A stretch of 64,000 bases of DNA from the NCBI GenBank assembly GCA_964016885.1, contig OZ024742.1, positions 360,158,001 through 360,222,000 of the forward strand, given 5' to 3'. The notes under the pieces are model-generated. The model was not told the DNA's origin, searched no databases, and was given only the letters and a program-made list of their open reading frames with translations. Below, piece by piece: positions 26,501 through 42,431 of this stretch. Numbering within the stretch: the first letter of the stretch is position 1; each line of letters opens with the position of its first letter. The position numbers and the translations under genes are program-made. The DNA is from Eledone cirrhosa. Its lineage: Eukaryota.

Positions 26501-29295
26501 TCTCTCTTCTATAACACCCCATCAACGTCTATATACTGATGAAACAGCCAGTCACCTATACACAGTATCTCTCTTCTATAACACCCCATCAACGTCTATA
26601 TAGTGGTGGCACATCCAGTCACCTATACACAGTATGTCTCTTCTATAATACCACATTCACGTCTATATAGTGGTGACACATCCAGTCAGCCATACACAGT
26701 ATCTCTCTTCTATAACACCCCATCAACGTCTATATATTCGAGACACATCCAGTCACCTATACACAGTATCCCTCTTCTATAACACCCCATCAACGTCTAT
26801 GTAGTGGTGAAACAGCCAGTCACCCATACACAATATCTCTCTTCTATAACACCCCATCAACGTCTATATAGTGGTGACACATCCAGTCACCTATACACAG
26901 TATGTCTCTTCTATTATACCCCATCAACGTCTATATAATGGTGACGCATCCAGTCACCTATACACAGTATCTCTCTTCTATAACACCCCATCAACGTCTA
27001 TATAGTGGTGAAACAGCCAGTCACCCATACACAGTATCTCTGTTCTATAACACCCCATCAACGTCTATATAGTGGTGAAACAACCAGTCACCCATACACC
27101 ATATCTCTCTTCTATAATACCCCTTCAACGTCTATATAGTGGTGAAACAGCCAGTCACCCATACACAGTATCTCTCTTCTATAACACCACATCAACGTCT
27201 ATATAGTGGTGACACATCCAGTCACCCATACACAGTATCTCTCTTCTATAACAACCCATCAACGTCTATATACTGATGAAATAGCCAGTCACCCATACAC
27301 AGTATCTCTCTTCTATAACACCCCATCAACGTCTATATAGTGGTGACACATCCAGTCAGCTACACACAGTATGTCTCTTCTATAATACCCCATTCACGTC
27401 TATATAGTGGTGACACATCCAGTCACCCATACACAGTATCTCTCTTCTATAACACCCCATCAACGTCTATATAGTGGTGAAACAGCCAGTCACCCATACA
27501 CAGTATCTCTCTTCTATAACACTCCATTAACGTCTATATATTGGTGAAACAGCCAGTTACCTATACACAGTATCTCTCTTCTATAACACCCCATCAACGT
27601 CTATATAGTGGTGAAACAGCCAGTCACCCATACACAGTATCTCTCTTCTATAACACCCATCAACGTCAATATAGTGGTGAAACAGCCAGTCACCTATACA
27701 CAGTATCTCTCTTCTATAACACCCCATCAACGTCTATATAATGGTGACGCATCCAGTCACCCATACACAGTATATCTCTTCTATAACACCCTATCAACGT
27801 CTATATAGTGGTGAAACAGCCAGTCACCCATACACAGTATCTCTCTTCTATTATACCCCATCAACGTCTATATAATGGTGACGCATCCAGTCACCTATAC
27901 ACAGTATCTCTCTTCTATAACACCCCATCAACGTCTATATATTGGTGAAACAGCCAGTCACCCATACACAGTATCTCTCTTCTATTATACCCCATCAACG
28001 TCTATATAATGGTGACGCATCCAGTCACCTATACACAGTATCTCTCTTCTATAACAGCCCATCAACGTCTATATAGTGGTGAAACAACCAGTCACACATA
28101 CACCATATCTCTCTTCTATAATACCCCTTCAACGTCTATATAGTGGTGACACATCCAGTCACCTATACACAGTATCTCTCTTCTATAAAACCCCATTGAC
28201 GTCTATATAGTGGTGACGCATCCAGTCACCTATACACAGTATCTCTCTTCTATAACACCCCATCAACGTCTATATATTGGTGAAACAGCCAGTCACCCAT
28301 ACACAGTATCTCTCTTCTATAACACCCCATCAACGTCTATATAGTGGTGAAACAGCCAGTCACCCATACACAGTATCTCTCTTCTATAACACCCCATCAA
28401 CGTCTATATAGTGGTGAAACAACCAGTCACCCATACACCATATCTTTCTTCTATAATACCCCTTCAACGTCTATATACTGGTGACACATCCAGTCACCTA
28501 TACACAGTATCTCTCTTCTATAAAACCCCATTGACGTCTATATAGTGGTGAAACAGCCAGTCACCCATACACAGTATATCTCTTCTATTATACCCCATCA
28601 ACGTCTATATAATGGTGACGCATCCAGTCACCTATACACAGTATCTCTCTTCTATAACACCCCATCAACGTCTATATAGTGGTGAAGCATCCAGTCACCC
28701 ATACACATTATCTCTCTTCTATAACACCCAATCAACGTCTATATAGTGGTCAAACATCCAGTCACCTATACACAGTATCTCTCTTCTATAACACCCCATC
28801 AACGTCTATATAGTGGTGAAACAGCCAGGCACCCATACACAGTATCCCTCTTCTATAACACCCCATCAACGTCTATATAGTGGTGAAACAGCCAGTCACC
28901 CATACACAGTATCTCTCTTCTATAACACCCCATCAACGTCTATATAGTGGTGACACATCCAGTCACCCATACACAGTATCTCTCTTCTATAACAACCCAT
29001 CAACGTCTATATACTGATGAAATAGCCAGTCACCCATACACAGTATCTCTCTTCTATAACACCCCATTCACGTCTATATAGTGGTGACACATCCAGTCAA
29101 CCATACACAGTATCTCTCTTCTATATTACCCCATTCACGTCTATATAGTGGTGACACATCCAGTCACCCATACACAGTATCTCTCTTCTATAACACCCCA
29201 TCAACGTCTATATAGTGGTGAAACAGCCAGTCACCCATACACAGTATCTCTCTTCTATAACACTCCATCAACGTCTATATAGTGGTGAAACAGCC
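14528..29295. repeat. Nested segmental duplications within the satellite (offsets 6430, 6028, 3281, 2677 and 8705 bp)
   Basis: Private variants recur: ttatggtcac at 15351/21781; ccagacatag at 15641/22071; attcgagaca at 18031/24059/26736/30084; aggcacccatacacagtatccc at 16841/20122/28827. Confidence 0.9.
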
Positions 29296-30799
29296 AGTCA
29301 CCTATACACAGTATCTCTCTTCTATAACACCCATCAACGTCAATATAGTGGTGAAACAGCCAGTCACCTATACACAGTATCTCTCATCTATAACACCCCA
29401 TCAACGTCTATATAATGGTGACGCATCCAGTCACCTATACACAGTATCTCTCTTCTATAACACCCCATCTACGTCTATATATTGGTGAAACAGCCAGTCA
29501 CCCATACACAGTATCTCTCTTCTATTATACCCCATCAACGTCTATATAATGGTGACGCATCCAGTCACCTATACACAGTATCTCTCTTCTATAACACCCC
29601 ATCAACGTCTATATAGTGGTGAAACAACCAGTCACACATACACCATATCTCTCTTCTATAATACCCCTTCAACGTCTATATAGTGGTGACACATCCAGTC
29701 ACCTATACACAGTATCTCTCTTCTATAAAACCCCATTGACGTCTATATAGTGGTGAAACAGCCAGTCACCCATACACAGTATCTCTCTTCTATAACACCC
29801 CATCAACGTCTATATAGTGGTGACGCATCCAGTCGCCCATACACAGTATCTCTCTTCTATAACACCCCATCAACGTCTATATACTGATGAAACAGCCAGT
29901 CACCTATACACAGTATCTCTCTTCTATAACACCCCATCAACGTCTATATAGTGGTGACACATCCAGTCACCTATACACAGTATGTCTCTTCTATAATACC
30001 ACATTCACGTCTATATAGTGGTGACACATCCAGTCAGCCATACACAGTATCTCTCTTCTATAACACCCCATCAACGTCTATATATTCGAGACACATCCAG
30101 TCACCTATACACAGTATCCCTCTTCTATAACACCCCATCAACGTCTATGTAGTGGTGAAACAGCCAGTCACCCATACACAATATCTCTCTTCTATAACAC
30201 CCCATCAACGTCTATATAGTGGTGACACATCCAGTTACCTATACACAGTATGTCTCTTCTATTATACCCCATCAACGTCTATATAATGGTGACGCATCCA
30301 GTCACCTATACACAGTATCTCTCTTCTATAACACCCCATCAACGTCATTATAGTGGTGAAACAGCCAGTCACCCATACACAGTATCTCTCTTCTATAACA
30401 CCCCATCAACGTCTATATAGTGGTGAAACAACCAGTCACCCATACACCATATCTCTCTTCTATAATACCCCTTCAACGTCTATATAGTGGTGACACATCC
30501 AGTCACCTATACACAGTATCTCTCTTCTATAAAACCCCATTGACGTCTATATAGTGGTGAAACAGCCAGTCACCCATACACAGTATCTCTCTTCTATTAT
30601 ACCCCATCAACGTCTATATAATGGTGACGCATCCAGTCACCTATACACAGTATCTCTCTTCTATAACACCCCATCAACGTCTATATAGTGGTGAAGCATC
30701 CAGTCACCCATACACATTATCTCTCTTCTATAACACCCAATCAACGTCTATATAGTGGTCACACATCCAGTCACCTATAAACAGTATCTCTCTTCTATA

Positions 30800-33700
30800 A
30801 CACCCCATCAACGTCTATATAGTGGTGAAACAGCCAGTCACCCATACACAGTATCTCTCTTCTATAACACCCCATCAACGTCTATATAGTGGTGACACAT
30901 CCAGTCACCCATACACAGTATCTCTCTTCTATAACAACCCATCAACGTCTATATACTGATGAAATAGCCAGTCACCCATACACAGTATCTCTCTTCTATA
31001 ACACCCCATCAACGTCTATATAGTGGTGACACATCCAGTCAGCTATACACAGTATGTCTCTTCTATAATACCCCATTCACGTCTATATAGTGGTGACACA
31101 TCCAGTCACCCATACACAGTATCTCTCTTCTATAACACCCCATCAACGTCTATATAGTGGTGAAACAGCCAGTCACCCATACACAGTATCTCTCTTCTAT
31201 AACACTCCATCAACGTCTATATAGTGGTGAAACAGCCAGTTACCTATACACAGTATCTCTCTTCTATAACACCCCATCAACGTCTATATAGTGGTGAAAC
31301 AGCCAGTCACCCATATACAGTATCTCTCTTCTATAACACCCATCAACGTCAATATAGTGGTGAAACAGCCAGTCACCTATACACAGTATCTCTCATCTAT
31401 AACACCCCATCAACGTCTATATAATGGTGACGCATCCAGTCACCCATACACAGTATATCTCTTCTATAACACCCCATCAACGTCTATATAGTGGTGAAAC
31501 AGCCATTCACCTATACACAGTATCTCTCTTCTATAACACCCCATCAACGTCTATATAGTGGTGACACAGCCACTCACCCATACACAGTATCTCTCTTCTA
31601 TAATGCCCCATCAACGTCTATATATTGGTGAAACAGCCAGTCACCCATACACAGTATCTCTCTTCTATTATACCCCATTAACATCTATATAATGGTGACG
31701 CGTCCAGTCACCTATACACAGTATCTCTCTTCTATAACACCCCATTGACGTCTATATAGTGGTGAAACAGCCAGTCTCCCATACACAGTATCTCTGTTCT
31801 ATAACACCCCATCAACGTCTATATAGTGGTGACACATCCAGTCACCCATACACAGTATCTCTCTTCTATAACACCCCTCAACGTCTATATACTGATGAAA
31901 CAGCCAGTCACCCATACACAGTATCTCTCTTCTATAACACCCCATCAACGTCTATATAGTGGTGACACATCCAGTCACCTATGCACAGTATGTCTCTTCT
32001 ATAATACCCCATTCACGTCTATATAGTGGTGACACATCCATTCACCCATACACAGTATCTCTCTTCTATAACACCCCATCAACGTCTATATAGTGGTGAA
32101 ACAGCCAGTCACCCATACACAGTATCTCTCTTCTATAACACCCCATCAACGTCTATATAGTGGTGAAACAGCCAGTCACCCATACACAGTATCTCTCTTC
32201 TATAACACCCCATTAACGTCTATATAATGGTGACGCATCCAGTCACCTATACACAGTATCTCTCTTCTATAACACCCCATTGACGTCTATATAGTGGTGA
32301 AACAGCCAGTCACCCATACACAGTATCTCTGTTCTATAACACCCCATCAACGTCTATATAGTGGTGACACATCCAGTCACCCATACACAGTATCTCTCTT
32401 CTATAACACCCCATCAACGTCTATATACTGATGAAACAGCCAGTCACCCATACACAGTATCTCTCTTCTATAACACCCCATCAACGTCTATATAGTGGTG
32501 ACACATCCAGTCACCTATGCACAGTATGTCTCTTCTATAATACCCCATTAACGTCTATATAGTGGTGACACATCCAGTCACCCATACACAGTATCTCTCT
32601 TCTATAACACCCCATCAACGTCTATATAGTGGTGAAACAGCCAGTCACCCATACACAGTATCTCTCTTCTATAACACCCCATCAACGTCTATATAGTGGT
32701 GAAACAGCCAGTCACCCATACACAGTATCTCTCTTCTATAACACCCCATCAACGTTTATATAGTGGTGAAACAGCCAGTCACCTATACACAGTATCTCTC
32801 TTCTATAACACCCCATCAACGTCTATATAGTGGTGAAACAGCCAGTCACCCATACACAGTATCTCTCTTCTATAACACCCCATCAACGTCTATATAGTGG
32901 TGACGCATCCAGTCACCCATACACAGTATCTCTCTTCTATAACACCCCATCAACGTCTATATACTGATGAAACAGCCAGTCACCCATACACAGTATCTCT
33001 CTTCTATAACACACCATCAACGTCTATATAGTGGTGAAACAGCCAGTCACCTATACACAGTATCCCTCTTCTATAATACCCCATCAACGTCTATATAGTG
33101 GTGAAACAGCCAGTCACCCATACACAGTATTTCTCTTCTATTATACCGCATCAACGTCTATATAATGGTGACGCATCCAGTCACGTATACACAGTATCTC
33201 TCTTCTATAACACCCCATTGACGTCTATATATTGGTGAAACAGCCAGTCACCCATACACCATATCTCTCTTCTATAATACCCCTTCACCGTCTATATAGT
33301 GGTGACTTATCCAGTCACCTATACACAGTATCTCTCTTCGATAACACCCCATTGACGTCTATATAGTGGTGAAACAGCCAGTCACCCATACACAGTATCT
33401 CTATTCTATAACACCCCATCAACGTCTATATAGTGGTGACACATCCAGTCACCTATACACAGTATCATTCTTCTATAACACCCCATCAACGTCTATATAA
33501 TGGTGAAACATCCAGTCACCCATACACAGTATCTCTCTTCTATAACACCCCATCAACGTCTATATAGTAGTGAAACAGCCAGTCACCCAAACACAGTATC
33601 TCTCTTCTATAATACCACATCAACGTCTATATAGTGGTGAAACAGCCAGTCACCCATTCACTGTATCTCTGTTCTATAACACCCCATCAACATCTATATA

Positions 33701-36700
33701 GTGGTGTCACATCAAGTCACCTATACACAGTATCTCTCTTCTATAACACCCCATCAACGTCTATATAGTGGTGAAACATCCAGTCACCTATACACAGTAT
33801 CTCTCTTCTATAACACCCCATCAACGTCTATATAGTGGTGAAACAGCCAGTCACCCATACACAGTATCTCTCTTCTATAACACCCCATCAACGTCTATAT
33901 AGTGGTGACACATCCAGTCACCCATACACAGTATCTCTCTTCTATAACAACCCATCAACGTCTATATACTGATGAAATAGCCAGTCACCCATACACAGTA
34001 TCTCTCTTCTATAACACCCCATCAACGTCTATATAGTGGTGACACATCCAGTCAGCTATACACAGTATGTCTCTTCTATAATACCCCATTCACGTCTATA
34101 TAGTGGTGACACATCCAGTCACCCATACACAGTATCTCTCTTCTATAACACCCCATCAACGTCTATATAGTGGTGAAACAGCCAGTCACCCATACACAGT
34201 ATCTCTCTTCTATAACACTCCATCAACGTCTATATAGTGGTGAAACAGCCAGTTACCTATACACAGTATCTCTCTTCTATAACACCCCATCAACGTCTAT
34301 ATAGTGGTGAAACAGCCAGTCACCCATACACAGTATCTCTCTTCTATAACACCCATCAACGTCAATATAGTGGTGAAACAGCCAGTCACCTATACACAGT
34401 ATCTCTCATCTATAACACCCCATCAACGTCTATATAATGGTGACGCATCCAGTCACCCATACACAGTATATCTCTGCTATAAGACCCCATCAACGTCTAT
34501 ATAGTGGTGAAACAGCCATTCACCTATACACAGTATCTCTCTTCTATAACACCCCATCAACGTCTATATAGTGGTGACACAGCCACTCACCCATACACAG
34601 TATCTCTCTTCTATAATGCCCCATCAACGTCTATATAGTGGCGACACATCCTGTCACCTATACACAGTATCTCTCTTCTATAACACCCCATCAACGTCTA
34701 TATATTGGTGAAACAGCCAGTCACCCATACACAGTATCTCTCTTCTATTATACCCCATTAACATCTATATAATGGTGACGCATCCAGTCACCTATCCACA
34801 GTATCTCTCTTCTATAACACCCCATCAACGTCTATATAGTGGTGAAACAACCAGTCACCCATACGCAGTATCTCTCTTCTATAACACCCCATCAACGTAT
34901 ATATAGTGGTGAAACAGCCAGTCACCCATTCACAGTATCTCTGTTCTATGACACCCCATCAACGTCTATATAGTGGTGACACATCCAGTCACCCATACAC
35001 AGTATCTCTCTTCTATAACACCCCATTAACGTCTATATAATGGTGACGCGTCCAGTCACCTATACACAGTATCTCTCTTCTATAACACCCCATTGACGTC
35101 TATATAGTGGTGAAACAGCCAGTCTCCCATACACAGTATCTCTGTTCTATAACACCCCATCAACGTCTATATAGTGGTGACACATCCAGTCACCCATACA
35201 CAGTATCTCTCTTCTATAACACCCCTCAACGTCTATATACTGATGAAACAGCCAGTCACCCATACACAGTATCTCTCTTCTATAACACCCCATCAACGTC
35301 TATATAGTGGTGACACATCCAGTCACCTATGCACAGTATGTCTCTTCTATAATACCCCATTCACGTCTATATAGTGGTGACACATCCATTCACCCATACA
35401 CAGTATCTCTCTTCTATAACACCCCATCAACGTCTATATAGTGGTGAAACAGCCAGTCACCCATACACAGTATCTCTCTTCTATAACACCCCATCAACGT
35501 CTATATAGTGGTGAAACAGCCAGTCACCCATACACAGTATCTCTCTTCTATAACACCCCATTAACGTCTATATAATGGTGACGCATCCAGTCACCTATAC
35601 ACAGTATCTCTCTTCTATAACACCCCATTGACGTCTATATAGTGGTGAAACAGCCAGTCACCCATACACAGTATCTCTGTTCTATAACACCCCATCAACG
35701 TCTATATAGTGGTGACACATCCAGTCACCCATACACAGTATCTCTCTTCTATAACACCCCATCAACGTCTATATACTGATGAAACAGCCAGTCACCCATA
35801 CACAGTATCTCTCTTCTATAACACCCCATCAACGTCTATATAGTGGTGACACATCCAGTCACCTATGCACAGTATGTCTCTTCTATAATACCCCATTCAC
35901 GTCTATATAGTGGTGACACATCCAGTCACCCATACACAGTATCTCTCTTCTATAACACCCCATCAACGTCTATATAGTGGTGAAACAGCCAGTCACCCAT
36001 ACACAGTATCTCTCTTCTATAACACCCCATCAACGTCTATATAGTGGTGAAACAGCCAGTCACCCATACACAGTATCTCTCTTCTATAACACCCCATCAA
36101 CGTCTATATAGTGGTGAAACAGCCAGTCACCTATACACAGTATCTCTCTTCTATAACACCCCATCAACGTCTATATAGTGGTGAAACAGCCAGTCACCCA
36201 TACACAGTATCTCTCTTCTATAACACCCCATCAACGTCTATATAGTGGTGACGCATCCAGTCACCCATACACAGTATCTCTCTTCTATAACACCCCATCA
36301 ACGTCTATATACTGATGAAACAGCCAGTCACCCATACACAGTATCTCTCTTCTATAACACACCATCAACGTCTATATAGTGGTGAAACAGCCAGTCACCT
36401 ATACACAGTATCCCTCTTCTATAATACCCCATCAACGTCTATATAGTGGTGAAACAGCCAGTCACCCATACACAGTATTTCTCTTCTATTATACCCCATC
36501 AACGTCTATATAATGGTGAAACAACCAGTCACCTATACACAGTATCTCTCTTCTATAACACCCCATCAACGTCTATATAGTGGTGACACAGCCACGCACC
36601 CATACACAGTATCTCTCTTCTATAATGCCCCATCAACGTCTATATAGTGGCGACACATCCTGTCACCTATACACAGTATCTCTCTTCTATAACACCCCAT

Positions 36701-39100
36701 CAACGTCTATATATTGGTGAAACAGCCAGTCACCCATACACAGTATCTCTCTTCTATTATACCCCATTAACATCTATATAATGGTGACGCATCCAGTCAC
36801 CTATCCACAGTATCTCTCTTCTATAACACCCCATCAACGTCTATATAGTGGTGAAACAACCAGTCACCCATACGCAGTATCTCTCTTCTATAACACCCCA
36901 TCAACGTCTATATAGTGGTGAAACAGCCAGTCACCCATTCACAGTATCTCTGTTCTATAACACCCCATCAACGTCTATATAGTGGTGACACATCCAGTCA
37001 CCCATACACAGTATCTCTCTTCTATAACACCCCATTAACGTCTATATAATGGTGACGCGTCCAGTCACCTATACACAGTATCTCTCTTCTATAACACCCC
37101 ATTGACGTCTATATAGTGGTGAAACAGCCAGTCTCCCATACACAGTATCTCTGTTCTATAACACCCCATCAACGTCTATATAGTGGTGACACATCCAGTC
37201 ACCCATACACAGTATCTCTCTTCTATAACACCCCTCAACGTCTATATACTGATGAAACAGCCAGTCACCCATACACAGTATCTCTCTTCTATAACACCCC
37301 ATCAACGTCTATATAGTGGTGACACATCCAGTCACCTATGCACAGTATGTCTCTTCTATAATACCCCATTCACGTCTATATAGTGGTGACACATCCATTC
37401 ACCCATACACAGTATCTCTCTTCTATAACACCCCATCAACGTCTATATAGTGGTGAAACAGCCAGTCACCCATACACAGTATCTCTCTTCTATAACACCC
37501 CATCAACGTCTATATAGTGGTGAAACAGCCAGTCACCCATACACAGTATCTCTCTTCTATAACACCCCATTAACGTCTATATAATGGTGACGCATCCAGT
37601 CACCTATACACAGTATCTCTCTTCTATAACACCCCATTGACGTCTATATAGTGGTGAAACAGCCAGTCACCCATACACAGTATCTCTGTTCTATAACACC
37701 CCATCAACGTCTATATAGTGGTGACACATCCAGTCACCCATACACAGTATCTCTCTTCTATAACACCCCATCAACGTCTATATACTGATGAAACAGCCAG
37801 TCACCCATACACAGTATCTCTCTTCTATAACACCCCATCAACGTCTATATAGTGGTGACACATCCAGTCACCTATGCACAGTATGTCTCTTCTATAATAC
37901 CCCATTCACGTCTATATAGTGGTGACACATCCAGTCACCCATACACAGTATCTCTCTTCTATAACACCCCATCAACGTCTATATAGTGGTGAAACAGCCA
38001 GTCACCCATACACAGTATCTCTCTTCTATAACACCCCATCAACGTCTATATAGTGGTGAAACAGCCAGTCACCCATACACAGTATCTCTCTTCTATAACA
38101 CCCCATCAACGTCTATATAGTGGTGAAACAGCCAGTCACCTATACACAGTATCTCTCTTCTATAACACCCCATCAACGTCTATATGGTGGTGAAACAGCC
38201 AGTCACCCATACACAGTATCTCTCTTCTATAACACCCCATCAACGTCTATATAGTGGTGACGCATCCAGTCACCCATACACAGTATCTCTCTTCTATAAC
38301 ACCCCATCAACGTCTATATACTGATGAAACAGCCAGTCACCCATACACAGTATCTCTCTTCTATAACACACCATCAACGTCTATATAGTGGTGAAACAGC
38401 CAGTCACCTATACACAGTATCCCTCTTCTATAATACCCCATCAACGTCTATATAGTGGTGAAACAGCCAGTCACCCATACACAGTATTTCTCTTCTATTA
38501 TACCCCATCAACGTCTATATAATGGTGACGCATCCAGTCACGTATACACAGTATCTCTCTTCTATAACACCCCATTGACGTCTATATATTGGTGAAACAG
38601 CCAGTCACCCATACACCATATCTCTCTTCTATAATACCCCTTCACCGTCTATATAGTGGTGACTTATCCAGTCACCTATACACATTATCTCTCTTCGATA
38701 ACACCCCATTGACGTCTATATAGTGGTGAAACAGCCAGTCACCCATACACAGTATCTCTCTTCTATAACACCCCATCAACGTCTATATAGTGGTGACACA
38801 TCCAGTCACCTATACACAGTATCATTCTTCTATAACACCCCATCAACGTCTATATAGTGGTGAAACATCCAGTCACCCATACACAGTATCTCTCTTCTAT
38901 AACACCCCATCAACGTCTATATAGTAGTGAAACAGCCAGTCACCCAAACACAGTATCTCTCTTCTATAATACCACATCAACGTCTATATAGTGGTGAAAC
39001 AGCCAGTCACCCATTCACTGTATCTCTGTTCTATAACACCCCATCAACATCTATATAGTGGTGTCACATCAAGTCACCTATACACAGTATCTCTCTTCTA
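30800..39100. repeat. Nested segmental duplications within the satellite (offsets 536, 2009, 3013, 3348 and 5357 bp)
   Basis: gtctcccat at 31774/35122/37131; ggtgacttat at 33301/38658; cctatccaca at 34791/36800; atgcacagtatgt at 31981/32517, 35329/35865 and 37338/37874. Confidence 0.9.
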
Positions 39101-42100
39101 TAACATCCCATCAACGTCTATATAGTGGAAAACAGCCAGTCACCCATACACAGTATCTCTCTTCTATAACACCCCATCAACGTCTATGTAGTGGTGAAAC
39201 AACCAGATACCCATACACCATATCTCTCTTCTATAATACCCCATCAACGTTTATATAGTGGTGACACATCCAGTCACCTATACACAGTATCTCTCTTCTA
39301 TAACACCCCATTGACGTCTATATAGTGGTGAAACAGCCAGTCACCCATTCACAGTATCACTGTTCTATAACACCCCATCAACATCTATATAGTGGTGTCA
39401 CATCAAGTCACCTATACACAGTATCTCTCTTCTATAACACCCCATCAACGTCTATATAGTGGTGAAACATCCAGTCACCCATACACAGTATCTCTCTTCT
39501 ATAACACCCCATCAACGTCTATATAGTGGTGAAACATCCAGTCACCCATACACAGTATCTCTCTTCTATAACACCACATCAACGTCTATATAGTGGTGAC
39601 ACATCCAGTCACCTATACACAGCATGTCTCTTATATAATACCCCATTCACGTCTATATAGTGGTGACACATCCAGTCACCCATACACAGTATCTCTCTTC
39701 TATAACACCCCATCAACGTCTATATAGTGGCAACACATCCAGTCACCTATACACAGTATCTCTCTTCTATAACACCTCATCAACGTCTATATAGTGGTGA
39801 AAAAGCCAGGCACCCATACACAGTATCTCTCTTCTATAACACCCAATCAACGTCAATATAGTGGTGACGCATCCAGTCACCCATACACAGTATCTCTCTT
39901 CTATAACACCCCATCAACGTCTATATACTGATGAAACAGCCAGTCACCCATACACAGTATCTCTCTTCTATAACACACCATCAACGTCTATATAGTGGTG
40001 AAACAGCCAGTCACCTATACACAGTGTCCCTCTTCTATAATACTCCATCAACGTCTATATAGTGGTGAAACAGCCAGTCACCCATACACAGTATCTCTCT
40101 TCTATTATACCCCATCAACGTCTATATAATGGTGAAGCATCCAGTCACCTATACACAGTATCTCTCTTCTATAACACCCCATTGACGTCTATATAGTGGT
40201 GAAACAGCCAGTCACCCATACACAGTATCTCTCTTCTATAACACCACATCAACGTCTATATAGTGGTGACGCATCCAGTCACCCATACACAGTATCTCTC
40301 TTCTATAACACCCCATCAACGTCTATATAGTGGTGAAGCATCCAGTCACCCATAAACATTATCTCTCTTCTATAACACCCAATCAACGACTATATAGTGG
40401 TCACACATCCAGTCACCCATACATAGTATCTCTCTTCTATAACACCCCATCAACGTCTATATAGTGGTGAAACAGCCAGTCACGCATACACAGTATCTCT
40501 CTTCTATAACACCCCATCAACATCTATATAGTGGTGAAACAGCCAGTCACCCATACACAGTATCTCTCTTCCATACTACCTCATCAACGACTATATAGTG
40601 GTGATACAGCCACTCACCCATACACAGTATCTCTCTTCTATAACACCCCATCAACGTCTATATAATGGTGACGCATCCAGTCACCTATACTCAGTATCTC
40701 TCTTCTATAACACCCCATCAACGTCTATATAGTGGTGAAACAGCCAGTCACCCATTCACAGTATCTCTCTTCTATAACACCCCATCAACGTCTATATAGT
40801 GGTGACACATCCAGTCACCTATACACAGTATCATTCTTCTATAACACCCCATCAACGTCTATATAGTGGTGAAACATCCAGTCACCCATACACAGTATCT
40901 CTCTTCTATAACACCCCATCAACGTCTATATAGTGGTGAAACAGCCAGTCACCCAAACACAGTATCTCTCTTCTATAATACCACATCAACGTCTATATAG
41001 TGGTGAAACAGCCAGTCACCCATTCACAGTATCTCTCTTCTATAACACCCCATCAACGTCTATATAGTGGTGAAACAGCCAGTCACCTATACACAGTATC
41101 TCTCTTCTATAACACCCCATCAACGTCTATATAGTGGTGAAACAGCCAGTCACCTATACACAGTATCCCTCTTCTATAATACCCCATCAACGTCTATATA
41201 GTGGTGAAACAGCCAGTCACCCATACACAGTATTTCTCTTCTATTATACCCCATCAACGTCTATATAATGGTGACGCATCCAGTCACGTATACACAGTAT
41301 CTCTCTTCTATAACACCCCATTGACGTCTATATATTGGTGAAACAGCCAGTCACCCATACACCATATCTCTCTTCTATAATACCCCTTCAACGTCTATAT
41401 AGTGGTGACACATCCAGTCACCTATACACAGTATCATTCTTCTATAACACCCCATCAACGTCTATATAGTGGTGAAACATCCAGTCACCCATACACAGTA
41501 TCTCTCTTCTATAACACCCCATCAACGTGTATATAGTAGTGAAACAGCCAGTCACCCAAACACAGTATCTCTCTTCTATAATACCACATCAACGTCTATA
41601 TAGTGGTGAAACAGCCAGTCACCCATTCACTGTATCTCTGTTCTATAACACCCCATCAACATCTATATAGTGGTGTCACATCAAGTCACCTATACACAGT
41701 ATCTCTCTTCTATAACATCCCATCAACGTCTATGTAGTGGTGAAACAACCAGATACCCATACACCATATCTCTCTTCTATAATACCCCATCAACGACTAT
41801 ATAGTGGTGACACATCCAGTCACCTATACACAGTATCTCTCTTCTATAACACCCCATTGACGTCTATATAGTGGTGAAACAGCCAGTCACCCATTCACAG
41901 TATCTCTGTTCTATAACACCCCATCAACGTCTATATAGTGGTGAAACATCCAGTCACCCATACACAGTATCTCTCTTCTATAACACCACATCAACGTCTA
42001 TATAGTGGTGACACATCCAGTCACCTATACACAGCATGTCTCTTCTATAATACCCCATTCACGTCTATATAGTGGTGACACATCCAGTCACCCATACACA

Positions 42101-42431
42101 GTATCTCTCTTCTATAACACCCCATCAACGTCTATATAGTGGCAACACATCCAGTCACCTATACACAGTATCTCTCTTCTATAACACCCCATCAACGTCT
42201 ATATAGTGGTGAAAAAGCCAGGCACCCATACACAGTATCTCTCTTCTATAACACCCCATCAACGTCAATATAGTGGTGACGCATCCAGTCACCCATACAC
42301 AGTAACTCTCTTCTATAACACCCCATCAACGTCTATATACTGATGAAACAGCCAGTCACCCATACACAGTATCTCTCTTCTATAACACACCATCAACGTC
42401 TATATAATGGTGACGCATCCAGTCACCTATA

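Noticed and set aside
17296-38658. Duplication offsets in multiples of 5 monomers (30, 40, 45, 50, 90, 130; 5x67 = 335 bp, about two nucleosomes)
   Set aside because: Other offsets (8, 24, 49, 73, 78, 96, 131) break the rule, and several of the multiples are sums of each other rather than independent.
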